The position numbers were made by a program, and so were the translations under genes. From Trichoplax adhaerens (Eukaryota; Animalia; Placozoa), in contig NW_002060948.1 in the NCBI RefSeq assembly GCF_000150275.1, forward strand, positions 3,741,360 to 3,805,359: 64,000 bases of DNA, in the 5' to 3' direction. The notes under the pieces were generated by a model, which was given only the letters and a program-made list of their open reading frames with translations, had not been told where the DNA came from and ran no database searches. How positions within the stretch are numbered: the first letter of the stretch is position 1; each line of letters begins with the position of its first letter. Below, piece by piece: positions 1 through 11,152 of this stretch.

Positions 1-608
1 AAAAAATTGCTTTAGCTTAATGATGATCAGATGATGCAGAATTTCATTTTGGAGCTTCTTATATGCTTACAAAATTCTATAGGATAATTTGGTTACAATA
101 GATCCATTTAGATATTAGCACGATAATCACAATACGATTCAAAGTTTTATCTTGTAGCTAATTATATACTTAGAAAAATTCTGCGGGATTACTTAGTTAC
201 GATAGGTCGATTTAGATATTGGCTTGATTATAATCATCATAATATGATTCAAAGTTTCATATTGTAGCTTGTTATATGATAGTAAAAAATTCTACTGTAT
301 GACTTAATAATATCAGATCGATTTAGGTATTAACTTGATCATCATATGACTCAAGTTTCACTTTGTAGCTAATTATTTGGTTATAAGAAATTTCGATTGT
401 ATAACTTGATTAAGATAGGTCGATATAGACTTTAGCTTGATTATCATTATATAATTTAAAATTTCGTTATATAGCTTATTATATGCTTATAAGAAGTTCT
501 ACGGGATAACTTAGTTCGATAAGTCGATTTGGATATCAGATTGATCATCTTAATACGATTCAAAGCTTTATTTTGTAGCTTGTTATATGCTTATAAAGAA
601 TTCTGCCG
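1..608. repeat. Degenerate tandem repeat, ~105 bp period, ~5.5 copies (may continue left of the window)
   Basis: The block (t)gtagctt/aattatatg...aattct...gataggtcgatttagatatt...gattcaaagttt recurs, with g(t/g)agct anchors near 52, 154, 264, 365, 472 and 574. Confidence 0.8.
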
Positions 609-609
609 G

Positions 610-1262
610 AGGGACAGTAATTAGGAGGGGAACAGAAATTGATTAACTGTCTGTAAATACTACGATACTGTAAGACAATTATGAAGAGAAAATAGATTTC
701 GATATTTTTCCTTTTCATCCTATTTAGCTGATTGATATTTCTGGTTAACTTGACGGACAGCGTTAAATCAATTTTTGTTGAAGGGATAGTAGTTATGAGG
801 GAAAGAAAATTAAACTAATGTCTGTAGGTAGTATGATTTTGAGGCAAAAATATATTTCGCTGTATCTCTTTTTTGGTCATATTGAATTTGTTATTCCTTT
901 TCCAACTTGATGATAGTATTCCCAAGCTATTCCAACAGATCTGCATACTTGTAGAGATCGTCCCTTCATGGTAGAATCAGATATGACTCCTTGAATTATT
1001 TATAACTATCCTATAAGCGATTCCAATCGATCTGTGTCGTAGTAATCCCTCAATATACTCTATTATAATAGTATCAACATGACTCATGAAATCTTCTGTA
1101 ACTATCCCATAAGCGATTCCAATCGATCTGTGTCATAGTTATCCCTCAAGGTAGAAACAACATGACTCATGAAATTTTTTACCAATATTTAACAAACAAT
1201 TCCAATAGATTGGTATCGGCGTAGTCTTATAATAGTAGAATTTAGGCATTATTCATGGAATC
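610..1262. repeat. Two further degenerate local duplications (~170 bp x2, then ~80-95 bp x3-4)
   Basis: gggacagtaattaggagggg...tgtctgta at ~611 matches gggatagtagttatgagggg...tgtctgta at ~784. taactatcc.ataagcgattccaatcgatctgtgtc at ~1004 and ~1098 is followed each time by caacatgactcatgaaat. Confidence 0.7.
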
Positions 1263-3009
1263 CCAAATCTTTCGTAAACTATTCCTACGGATTAAATTAC
1301 CTATACAAGTTTGTGTGTTATAATTCTTTTTATTTCATAACTAAAGATGACTAATTTAATTAGTCATTATTATTAAACCATTTTTCTTAATCAGTCGAAA
1401 ATATAACAGCCTACTTCCTATAAATGATTCAAAATTTTTTATTTCATTTTCCATTAATAATAAAAAAGGGGGTAAATAATATCAGTTACTCTTTGACCAA
1501 GACCAATATTAATAAATATTATGCAAACGATGTAGACTGTAATAATATCTTAATTAAACGATGACATGGTGTACCTAACGGCCTAGCTAGCATCAATCAT
1601 GCTCAAGAAGGGATACTATTAGAAACGAAGTGAATTTTAAATTAAAATAGTATCACTAAAGTGTAGCAAAAAAATGGCTAAAAGAAAATAAAGAGGTGAA
1701 TAAAATGGGCTCTGTCTTGTTACTAACCTATCAATTCCGGTAGTAGTAGTAGTTGATGCAATCTTGGCTATCTGATTTCATCTACAACTCCCTCTGGAGG
1801 CGTACTAATTGATTTTTTCCTTTCCATGTCGGCACATTATTTTATAATGATACATATTACCTTTGAACTCTCTATATTAAGTTACAGCAATTCACCAATA
1901 TCCTTCACCAGAACGAAAATCTTATCCGCTGTTGGCTTAATAGGATTAATATTTGATTTTATTTCTCAACTCTTTGAATTCTAGGTTCGTTAGCAATTGC
2001 TAAAGAGATTTTATTCTCTTACCAGCCATAACTTGAATAGGACAATAAAGATATTTTAATCTTCGTTTGCTATAGCCTATCTATTTCTATGTTAGCACCT
2101 AGTCGATATTCAAGTTACAATATGCATCATTCTATGGACTTTCTCCAATCCAATGATAAATTCATTTCCAATAGCATAATTTCCATTTCATTCTATTCTC
2201 CTGTCCTTTACTATATTCTGTTGAGTTGATAGAATAGGAATACAGTTCTATTCCATTTTTCCGACATAAATTATGAAAGGCGTAGAAATTAACTGATTAA
2301 AATTGTACTACTGACTCTACTCCTTAACTTTTTCATATTTCTAATTGGATAGAACATAATTCTATTTGAAGCTTTTAATGAAAATTTAAATATCTCAAAA
2401 AATTTTTAAAGTAGATCCAATATCATCATATGTCCTATTCTAATCTGTATGATATTGGCGAATAAAACTCTTAAATGAAAACTAACTCAATACAAGATAG
2501 ACTGCTGCTTCTATTCTAATTCATGAAGGAATAATATACTGAAATAAAAATAGTTCATGACTTAGCTAAGCAAATAGATGGAAAAAAATACGATCTCGAT
2601 CTGTGTGACATGACTACTAGAGCTATTAAAATAAAATAATGGCTTTGCACAATACAAAATGGATAGCCACTTTATTGATTTAGAAATTATAGATTGAAAT
2701 GGCAAAGGGTAAAACCTAGTCAATCATCGATATAAAAAAGGAAGATGGTATTCTAGTCTATTCTCTTATGAGCTCCAAGGATAAAACGAATCCATTCGTA
2801 ATACCTAGATTAATCTAACAAGAGATTGCATTTTACTCGCATTCCCTACGAGTGAAAGAAGAAATAAAAGCAATATTAACTAGCAGGCATTTCTAATGAA
2901 GTACAATGAAGGAAAAACAGGATTCTTGGTGACCAAGATTTGATTGATGGGTATAAAAGTTCATCACCTTTTCCTTCCAATCGATGAGAACAGTAGGTAT
3001 TCTGAATGA

Positions 3010-3480
3010 TTGAATACGCTAGAAATAGATGGACTGAGAAAACTGACAGACTCCCTTGGTAAAATTCATGTATAATTCATTAATTTTTTGAAGTAACTAG
3101 CCAATTTCCCTTCATTACTTGATAATGAAAATAGCTGTACTATTGATTTGTTAGGTTATAGAATAATTGCTACATATTCAAGGGTAAATCGGTGATAATA
3201 GTCGAGACGAAGATAAAAATAACCAACATTGTATTATTATTCAAGGATATCAATATTGTCTGATTCTATCAAATAGGCGTCAATAAAAATTTAAGAATAA
3301 AATGGAAGTATACGGACATCTTTACTGATCTAATTCTTTCAAAGGATGACAATGATTTTTACTTTAGGATTCATTGATAATGAAATTGTATTCAACAAGA
3401 TAAAATAGAAATGGCAACATCAATCGATTTGAATGAAAATCCCATAAATAGAGATGGCGCAGCCCATACTCTTATGATCT
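3010..3480 (+). pseudogene. Possible decayed leucine-rich-repeat (RI/NLR-type LRR) coding fragment
   Basis: Broken + frames give LNTLEIDGLRKLTD, LLHIQG*IGDN, IFTLGFIDNEI and TSIDLNENPINRDGAAHTL, resembling the LxxLxLxxNxIGDxGAxxL consensus. Many stops and frameshifts. Confidence 0.3.
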
Positions 3481-3759
3481 ATAGATGAAATAAAGAAAAG
3501 TGGTGCAAGTTATTGTTACATTGGATCTATTTACTTGATCCAATAAGGAGTTGTTGAAAAAGGTATTCATAGCATTCCTTGAGTAATTAAAAAGTGGGCA
3601 GATGATTGCAATCTTGTCATACAACTTGATTAATCATGACGGTAACATCCCTTGCTCTTCTCTAACCCAGTTGAACAAACATCGAACATCGAAAAGTGGA
3701 AAAGAAGAAGAAAAAGGTAATTTTCTAGAGAATACTCAATTCGCCAAGGCATTTAGCCA

Positions 3760-4195
3760 CCGTTAAGCTTCCATTTTTGCATGCTTTTGCAAGGATATTC
3801 GTCTTGATCAGTTCTTTCCTCCAGGACAACTTGGGGTCCCTTTTCTTTTAATTTATGCTTAAACTACAAATTTTTTATGCTATTTTGGTTCGAAGAGGAG
3901 TTCTATAGCATAGAAGAGAGTGAATTTACAATTAGTAAATATCTTCTTTCATCCTGCTATCATTAACTAACCACGGTATGCTCGATCCACCATGACATTT
4001 AGCTATTGTCAAGCTCCATTTTGCTTGCTTTTGTAAGGATATTCGTCTTTATCAGCCCTTTTCTACAGGATAACTTAGAGTTGCTTTTATTTCAATTCGT
4101 GCTTTAAATCAAAAATTTTTCCTACTTCGGTTTGAAAGGAGTTCCATGGCATGAAAGAGAGCGAATTTGCAAGTCGTGAACATCTTGTTTTATTA
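3760..4195. repeat. Diverged direct duplication, ~245 bp unit x2
   Basis: aagcttccatttttgcatgcttttgcaaggatattcgtc at ~3765 matches aagctccattttgcttgcttttgtaaggatattcgtc at ~4011; similarity continues to gaatttacaa/gaatttgcaa. Confidence 0.75.
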
Positions 4196-4600
4196 TTTTA
4201 AATGGGCATGGAATATAGACAGTTTCAAAATGACATAACCAAAGCGGATAAATAACTTCGCCAATGAATGTAGTAATCTTATACAAAAATTAATAATAGC
4301 TTAAAATTTTTTTCCATTACTGTTTATTCTAATCTTCAATAGCATCGAAGAATTATTCTTTACTTGTAATAATAATTGCTAATATCGATCGTGGTGCTTA
4401 GTAATCCATTTACTTACTGATCGGGTTTGTACGGCTGAAAATGAACCCCATATAATTTTAAAACAGCTTATTGCTCCTTGAATTTTACCACAAATCAGAT
4501 CCAACATCAACGCGTTATTCACTGATATTAAAAAAAAGTTGTCTAATATTGTAAATAACGTTTCCTTAGCGGTAATTTCTATTTGTATATCGAAATTCTT

Positions 4601-4748
4601 ACTGCTTCTACATCCCTAGCCCAGATCAAATCGGGGAAAAAAATGTCCAGCTCTACAGGTTAATCGATAGCAAATCTACTACTTCTACTTCTACATCCCT
4701 AGCCCAAATCGGAAAAAATATCTAGCTCTACAGGTTAATCGATAGCAA
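4601..4748. repeat. Direct duplication, ~85 bp period x2
   Basis: cttctacatccctagccca...aaatcgg...agctctacaggttaatcgatagcaa occurs twice. Confidence 0.85.
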
Positions 4749-5619
4749 TCGCTTCATTTAATCCACTTTCCGTGTTTTCAATTTTTCATTTGAACAGCAA
4801 TCAATTTGTTTTTCCTCTTATTTGTTGATTACATCCAATCGGTGCTATTTAGATACCATAATGGCAATTATTTAAACTTAATTAGCAATATTAATCAGCA
4901 GGCGATGGAAACGATCAACGATGGTTACTATTTTCTCCATCTACCCTAGGCAAATTAATCATTCTAGTTTTATGAGGATAGACATACAGTTAATCTTGAT
5001 TTTCTTTTCTCCATCTTTGAACTGATTAAGAATGCAATTTTAATTTTCACTAATTAGGTCATTAGCTCAGCATAATTAGCCTGGAAACTTTCAATTTTCA
5101 ACCATAATTTAGCGTACAATTCAATTCTTTCTGCGCAAACTGAATGTTTCTTTCTATTTTTATTATGATGACATTAGCAACGTTGCATCTGTCATCGTTG
5201 CGCCATCCTATTCGATCATTAAGGCATATGGGAAAGTGCAGAGGAAACACCTATTAAAATTAACGACATATCAAGCAACGATTGTTGCGACATTAGTCCT
5301 GTCTAGTGCATAAAAGTGAAAAAAAGCGTGTCGCTATATCTTGGGATATCGTTAAGGAAGCTGCTGACGGCCATCGTAGTACAAAAGTAATTATTTCCAA
5401 TTCGAGTCTGACGTTGCTAGTCCTTTCTAGATCATTAGAATCGCCGTCTCGATTGGAATTTAGTCTTACCGTCCTTGACTATCGTTGGCTTTAATTGAAC
5501 GGGTTTCATCGTTGATTGAAAGATTGAATAGGCTCAAGGTGCCATTTCTGATCCTCAAAGTAAAGATTTGTTTGGAGAAGAAACCTTTAGGTTATTGTAT
5601 TGATATCCGTAGATTGCAT

Positions 5620-6010
5620 AAAAATCATCCGCAAAAAAAAATCATTATAAGCTCTTCTTTCCTTCAGGTATTACCTAAGGGTAGTTTAATTAGTCTTAAG
5701 ATTTATATCGATCTTGAGACAGAGTATTAAATCATCGGTAACAAGAATCATCGTAAGCTCTTCTTTCCTTCAAGTATTACCCAAGGGTAGCTTAATTTAT
5801 CCCAAGATTTTTTATTCATCTTATATGAGTAGCAAATCATCCGCAAAAAAGTGGCCATAAGCTCTCCGTTCCAAGACTTTTCATTATCTTAGACAGAGTA
5901 GCTATCATCAGCAGAAATAAAACCGCTATAAGCTCTCCATTTCTTCCAGTATTATCCAAGGATAGTCTACTTTATCCTTAGACATTTCATCCACCTTAGA
6001 CCGAGTAGCT
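5620..6010. repeat. Degenerate tandem repeat, ~105 bp, ~4 copies
   Basis: atcat...taagctct(t/c)c(t/a)tt..ttc.agtatta.c.aagg.tag recurs at ~5624, ~5731, ~5836 (partial) and ~5904. Confidence 0.7.
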
Positions 6011-6274
6011 TCGACTACGGCGAGCGTCCAGGCGATTGAAATGGAATCCTGTTTAAAGAACGGTGAAATATTGTCATAAAAGTTTCATCTTCCACGGTTC
6101 CCCATAAATCATCGGATTAAATCCAATACAAGCAAGAATTAATATTCAAAATCGAGGGTACGTTGAACAGTAGGCAGCATCGCTAAAGGTGATAATTCTA
6201 TCCCTACGTTCAACGTATGACAATATAAAATGTGCTAATTTATTTGGCAGATGGCGTGTTTATTATTAAAAAGG

Positions 6275-6985
6275 AGCAGTGAAGCAAAATCGATTTCCTA
6301 CAATACCACTAGCTTAGCCATTATTCTTATCTAGTTTTGTCTAGAATAGTAAAGAAAATCCATTTTCTACTTTCCTATTATAAACTGCTAGCATAGCCAT
6401 TATTCCTATCCAGCGCTGATTCATAAGCTCAGTTTTATAACAGCGGAGCAAAATCCATTTTGTGCTTTTCTATAATTTTGCTCGCTTAGCCATTATTCTA
6501 TCCAGTTATGTGTTAAAACAGCAAAGCAAAATTCCTCTTTTGCTTACCCATAATATTACTCTCTTAGTCACTATTCCTATCTTATTCTGCTATACTGAGG
6601 TATAATTAGTATTCAGCATTCCATCAACCATTATTCTTGTCCAGTTCTGTTTTATAACAGCAAAGCCATATTCATTATTTGCCTTTTTAGAATATAAATA
6701 GCATAGCCAGTATTCCTATCTAGCTCTGTTTGATAACAGTGAAGAAAAATCCACTGTTTAATTTCTTCAGAATACGACGAGTATAACTATTATTCCTATT
6801 TAGCCTTATTTGATCAATTCTGCTTTATAACGGTAAAGAAAGATCCATTTCCTAATTTCTTAGAATACGATGTGCATAGCTATTATTTCTCATCCAGTTC
6901 TGTTTTACAACAGTAAAGTAAAATTGATTTTTTTACCTTTCTAGAATACTACAAGCATAGCCATTCTTCTAACCCCGTTCTGATC
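6275..6985. repeat. Degenerate tandem repeat, ~80 bp, ~9 copies, ending ~90 bp before the GPCR ATG
   Basis: tagccattatt(c/t)-like anchors at ~6315, 6394, 6487, 6565, 6626, 6704, 6783, 6877 and 6958, most followed by ...aacag..aag.aaaatcca. Confidence 0.75.
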
Positions 6986-7075
6986 ATCGGTTGCTAATAA
7001 CTACCATTGCATGATTCTACTTCTTTTCATCACTGATTGCGATCTTGGAGCTACCATTAATTCTTCACTGACGCC

Positions 7076-8074
7076 ATGGCAAGTATATTGACTAATGAAT
7101 CTTCGACATTCATGCCTACTATCGCCAATAATCGAACCAGGCCAGCGCCAGCCTACGTTCTTGATCCTTATTTAATTATTATGACTAGTGTTGGAATTTC
7201 TATTATTATTGTCAATACAGCATTTCTGATGATTATCCTTCTCTATCGCCAACTACGTACTACTCCTAACGTTATTATGTGTAGCATGTCGGTGTCCAGC
7301 ATTTTGTTCGCTCTCATTTACTTAATTCCTCGCTACTTTCCGGCCAGTGTCGACTTAATATGCAAGTTATTACCTTTTATCGGCCTATCATTAGCTTTAA
7401 TCATTAATCTACATCAATGTGTTATTAGCTGCCATCGTTATATGGCTGTCGCCAATCCACTTACTCATCGTCGCCATATGACCAAACGTCATATTGCTAT
7501 TATATTAGTTTTAGTTTGGTTATTGCCATTTATCTCTAGCTCTATACCAGCCATATTTTATCAACCTCTTAATGAGGGTTTTTGCAGAGTGTTCGGTTAT
7601 GATGCAACGCCTAAACTTATCTTTTATAGCTCCATGTACACCATCTTTTTCTACTTGCCCTTATCTATCATTTTGTTCGGCTATATTTATATCCATATTA
7701 CAGCTTTGATACTACCCAAAGATAGAAAGTTATTGAAACGAGGCTGTTGGAAATATCGTATTCATCGCCATCGTCGTGTCTTAATCCATACAGCAATTAT
7801 TATTGAATTGCATGCACTATGTTGGGTACCATTTATTACCGTTACTATTGCTTGGTATGGTGGCTTTACTATACCTAATTTTCGTGTCTTAGCCGAGGTT
7901 TTGCGCAATATTGCATTAAGCTATCCAGTGATCAACCCTTTGGTCTATGCTTATTGTACATCTGGTATTCGTCGACGTATTTTAAATTTAATAGGTTACG
8001 AGAGCGCAAAGAGACCGTCTACCTTACGATCAACGGGTTTAGAATCCTCGTTAGCCTCTGGAGTAATGGGCTAA
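7076..8074 (+). CDS. Intronless class A (rhodopsin-family) GPCR, orphan, 332 aa
   Basis: Seven hydrophobic segments; N-terminal N-glycosylation sequons (NES, NRT); TM1 Asn; LRTTPN loop; TM3 Cys and HRY (DRY equivalent); TM4 Trp; TM5 FYLP; TM6 CWVP; TM7 NPLVY; helix 8. Confidence 0.93.
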   Translation: MASILTNESSTFMPTIANNRTRPAPAYVLDPYLIIMTSVGISIIIVNTAFLMIILLYRQLRTTPNVIMCSMSVSSILFALIYLIPRYFPASVDLICKLLPFIGLSLALIINLHQCVISCHRYMAVANPLTHRRHMTKRHIAIILVLVWLLPFISSSIPAIFYQPLNEGFCRVFGYDATPKLIFYSSMYTIFFYLPLSIILFGYIYIHITALILPKDRKLLKRGCWKYRIHRHRRVLIHTAIIIELHALCWVPFITVTIAWYGGFTIPNFRVLAEVLRNIALSYPVINPLVYAYCTSGIRRRILNLIGYESAKRPSTLRSTGLESSLASGVMG

Positions 8075-8349
8075 AGTCTTATTTAAATATACTTTGATTT
8101 CATCAAGCACGAAATTGGATCTCATTATACACGATATTTTCTACTACTACTGGACTGAATATCGCTCATGAAAAGGAATCATAGCTCATACAAAGTTATG
8201 GATTGAACTCGTTGGGATAATTATACACTTTGTAGCCGATTCCTAAAAATAAATAAAATAAGAAATGAATAAAAATCAGTATTTTGCACTTATAGCTATC
8301 AAGTTAATCATATCAAAATGTTAACAACTATATTCGTTCTTTCTTAAAA

Positions 8350-9160
8350 GTGATCTATTCCATTACTGTTAAACGTTACAAACTATTTATTTACCCTTTA
8401 GTGGATTGCCTTCTGTCTAGAGTTCCAATGGATGAAAATCTTAACGAAAATGTTCAATTGTGTATTCTATTGCTAATGGAGAAAGTGAATCTTTTAACGA
8501 ATATTCGAGATTGGCGTCCTATCATCACTTTAACAAATTGATGGATTAATTTCAATTGCTTAATTATTTGATTGTTACGACTACTGCAGTACCTACTACA
8601 CTATTAATTCAAGATAATCTTTAATCTATCGTACGATATAATTGATACTAAATGAAACTAAGAACAGTTTCAGTCCGATTTTACTATCAAAATAGTTAAT
8701 AAAATGCTTTATTGATAGATATATCTTGCTGGAAGATAGAGCTGATGATAGTACTGCATTAAACGACATTGACAATCTTCTATTAATACTATAATCTGAT
8801 TGAGGTATCCGTTAATTATTATTACTTTAAATTAAAATGGTGATGATTCAATAGAAGCAATTTACAGTTCTATACTTTATTATTCAGCATAATTTCAACG
8901 TTTTGTATGCTATTAGTAAAGAATCGTTAGATCACGAAATACCCCTTCAAATTAGAATAAATTGTAGGCTGCGATTGAGCGTTTAAAAATTAAAACTGAA
9001 ATTATTATGTTTCGTTAGTATAACTACTCAGAAAATTTGATCATAATTTATTACCAGCTATCGTATGGCGATCTATGTCGCCGTAAAAATCTTTCTATAA
9101 GATTGAAGGTTATCATAATTACTTTTCATTGCATCTAGACCGTATATAATTGAATAATAA
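8350..9160 (+). mobile_element. Highly decayed non-LTR retrotransposon (L1/Tx1-like) reverse transcriptase remnant
   Basis: ORF 8350-8541 reads YKLF..PLVDCL...ILLLMEK...NIRDWRPIITLTN, matching the RT-proximal FYK.F..L...ITLL.KK...KNWRPISLLN. Broken frames downstream give IQDNL/YDIID, ILLSK*LIKCFIDR (cf. LSLD.EKAFDR), YAISKESL (cf. FALAIEPL) and YGD (cf. YADD) in the expected order. Confidence 0.5.
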
Positions 9161-11152
9161 TTGCTTGGTTTGTCAAGATAAAAATTTCCACTGCAATAAA
9201 TCGATGAATAATTATAATTTATTTATTAATGTCCTTATGGATTATGCTCAAGTATTCATACAGGATAGTTTACCTTCACGCTTTATAACTCGTATATTAA
9301 AGTAATAAAGATTCTATTCGTCAAATCTTGAATGGCTGTTTGCGCAATGGGCTAGCTCGGTTTATAATATTGGGTAGTAAAATCGAAAAGTAGAAAATTT
9401 TATTCTAAATAAACAGATTTACAGATGATATACTACTTCTTGGCTAAGGTCTCAGGTATTGGTTATGAGATTAGATTACTACAAACGTATTTGGCTTTAG
9501 GTCCCAAATAAAATAAAGTTATTGCCAATTATCTTTAATTTTTGAAACAGCTAAATGGAATAGTAACTGTTACGAGATAATCTGTCAATAAACTCCATGA
9601 ATCTGATAACATAGCTGAAGAGCGAGTGGAGAAAGACGGTCAGCAAGCGCAATAGAGACTAATAAAACACATACCTATTAGTAATTAATTAATTTATACA
9701 TCTGAGGCTTACTCAGGAATTATAGGTTTTATGCAACACCATAGAGTCACGAATTTAGTCGATTAGCTTCTTACTGAGTACTATCATTTAATGACTTGTT
9801 CATGGCAACTTTGTATCATAGTCATATATGTATATGTTACATTAAACATATGTAATTGATTTAGATATACAGTATATATGTCGTTTACTACATATGGTAT
9901 ATCTAACATATGTAATTAATTCACAAATGTACTGTGCATTTTTCTTGGTAAATGGACTAATATTCTACTCCTTGAATAATCCCATTGGGTATGCCCGTAA
10001 CAATGTCTTATAATTGACCATCTTCGTCTAGGATAAATTACCACGTTATCTCTTACGTGTACAGTAGTTTCTTTAATATAGTATTCCGTTTTGCAGCAAC
10101 ATACGAGTAGGATAGAAAATTACAATTTAACAAGCACTGTTTTCACTAACTTTATAAAAACACATAAATAATTATACGTAGGTGGGGCTTAGGATAAATT
10201 TATACGGATGTTGGAATAGATACTCCAAACATTTATTATATCTTCTTGCTAAAGAGGAAGGTGGAAAAACATCGTAGCATTCTAACCATGTCGACAGGAA
10301 ACAAAAAAGTCTCAATCAAAACAGTTTTGGAATATTCGAAGCAGTTATTCGGCAATGTAACTGTACAAAAAATTTGATTAATTTTATAAAAAATACAAAT
10401 TTATAATGACGAACTGAGCCAAGAATTGAGAATAGATGCTGTGATTATATTACTAAAATTAGAAAGATTCTTACGATTCACATACGACTATGAAAATTCA
10501 TTACCCACTTAATTTGGATTAATATATCAACAGCATTTAGGCGTTTTGGAAATAAGGTAACGATTCCAGTAGATCTGTACGCTAAGATTTATGAAAGAAT
10601 CTATGAATGAAGTACTGTCACATTTGTTGTGTTAATAGCAAATATTACTATAAGAAATTATTTCTCACAGTAGTATTATATACAGTAAAATAATTTCTAG
10701 TTGCCTTGGTGTTGTTGCTACATTAATATACACCGATTGTATTTTACCTATTATTGTAGATTGCAGTGTGGTAAATACTCGTATACGATAACATTATTGT
10801 AAGCATAAACATTTAATTTTGATATAGTCGCTATAATTAAGTCTTAGGCTGATAAGCATATCAAAAAATTAACTATAGACATTCACTTAAAGAGAACCAA
10901 AAATTTAAGAACGATTACAATAGCTTTATAGATGCTTATTTTCATCGATTTTGTAAATTTTGCCGCCATAGAATTCTCTCAAGATGATAGAATATCACAT
11001 CTAAATCCATCAGTCTTCGCTCAGGAAAAATATTCAGTTTCGGACAATGAATTGATTGATAAAGTATGGCCTTCGTAATATTTCCATCTTACATCAGTTA
11101 AATTGTCTATTACCAAAACTTTTAAAGGCAATAGCCAAATTTCGATCGGACT

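Noticed and set aside
7076-8074. GPCR as a retinal-binding opsin
   Set aside because: No lysine at position 7.43 in TM7 (IALSYPVINPLVY).
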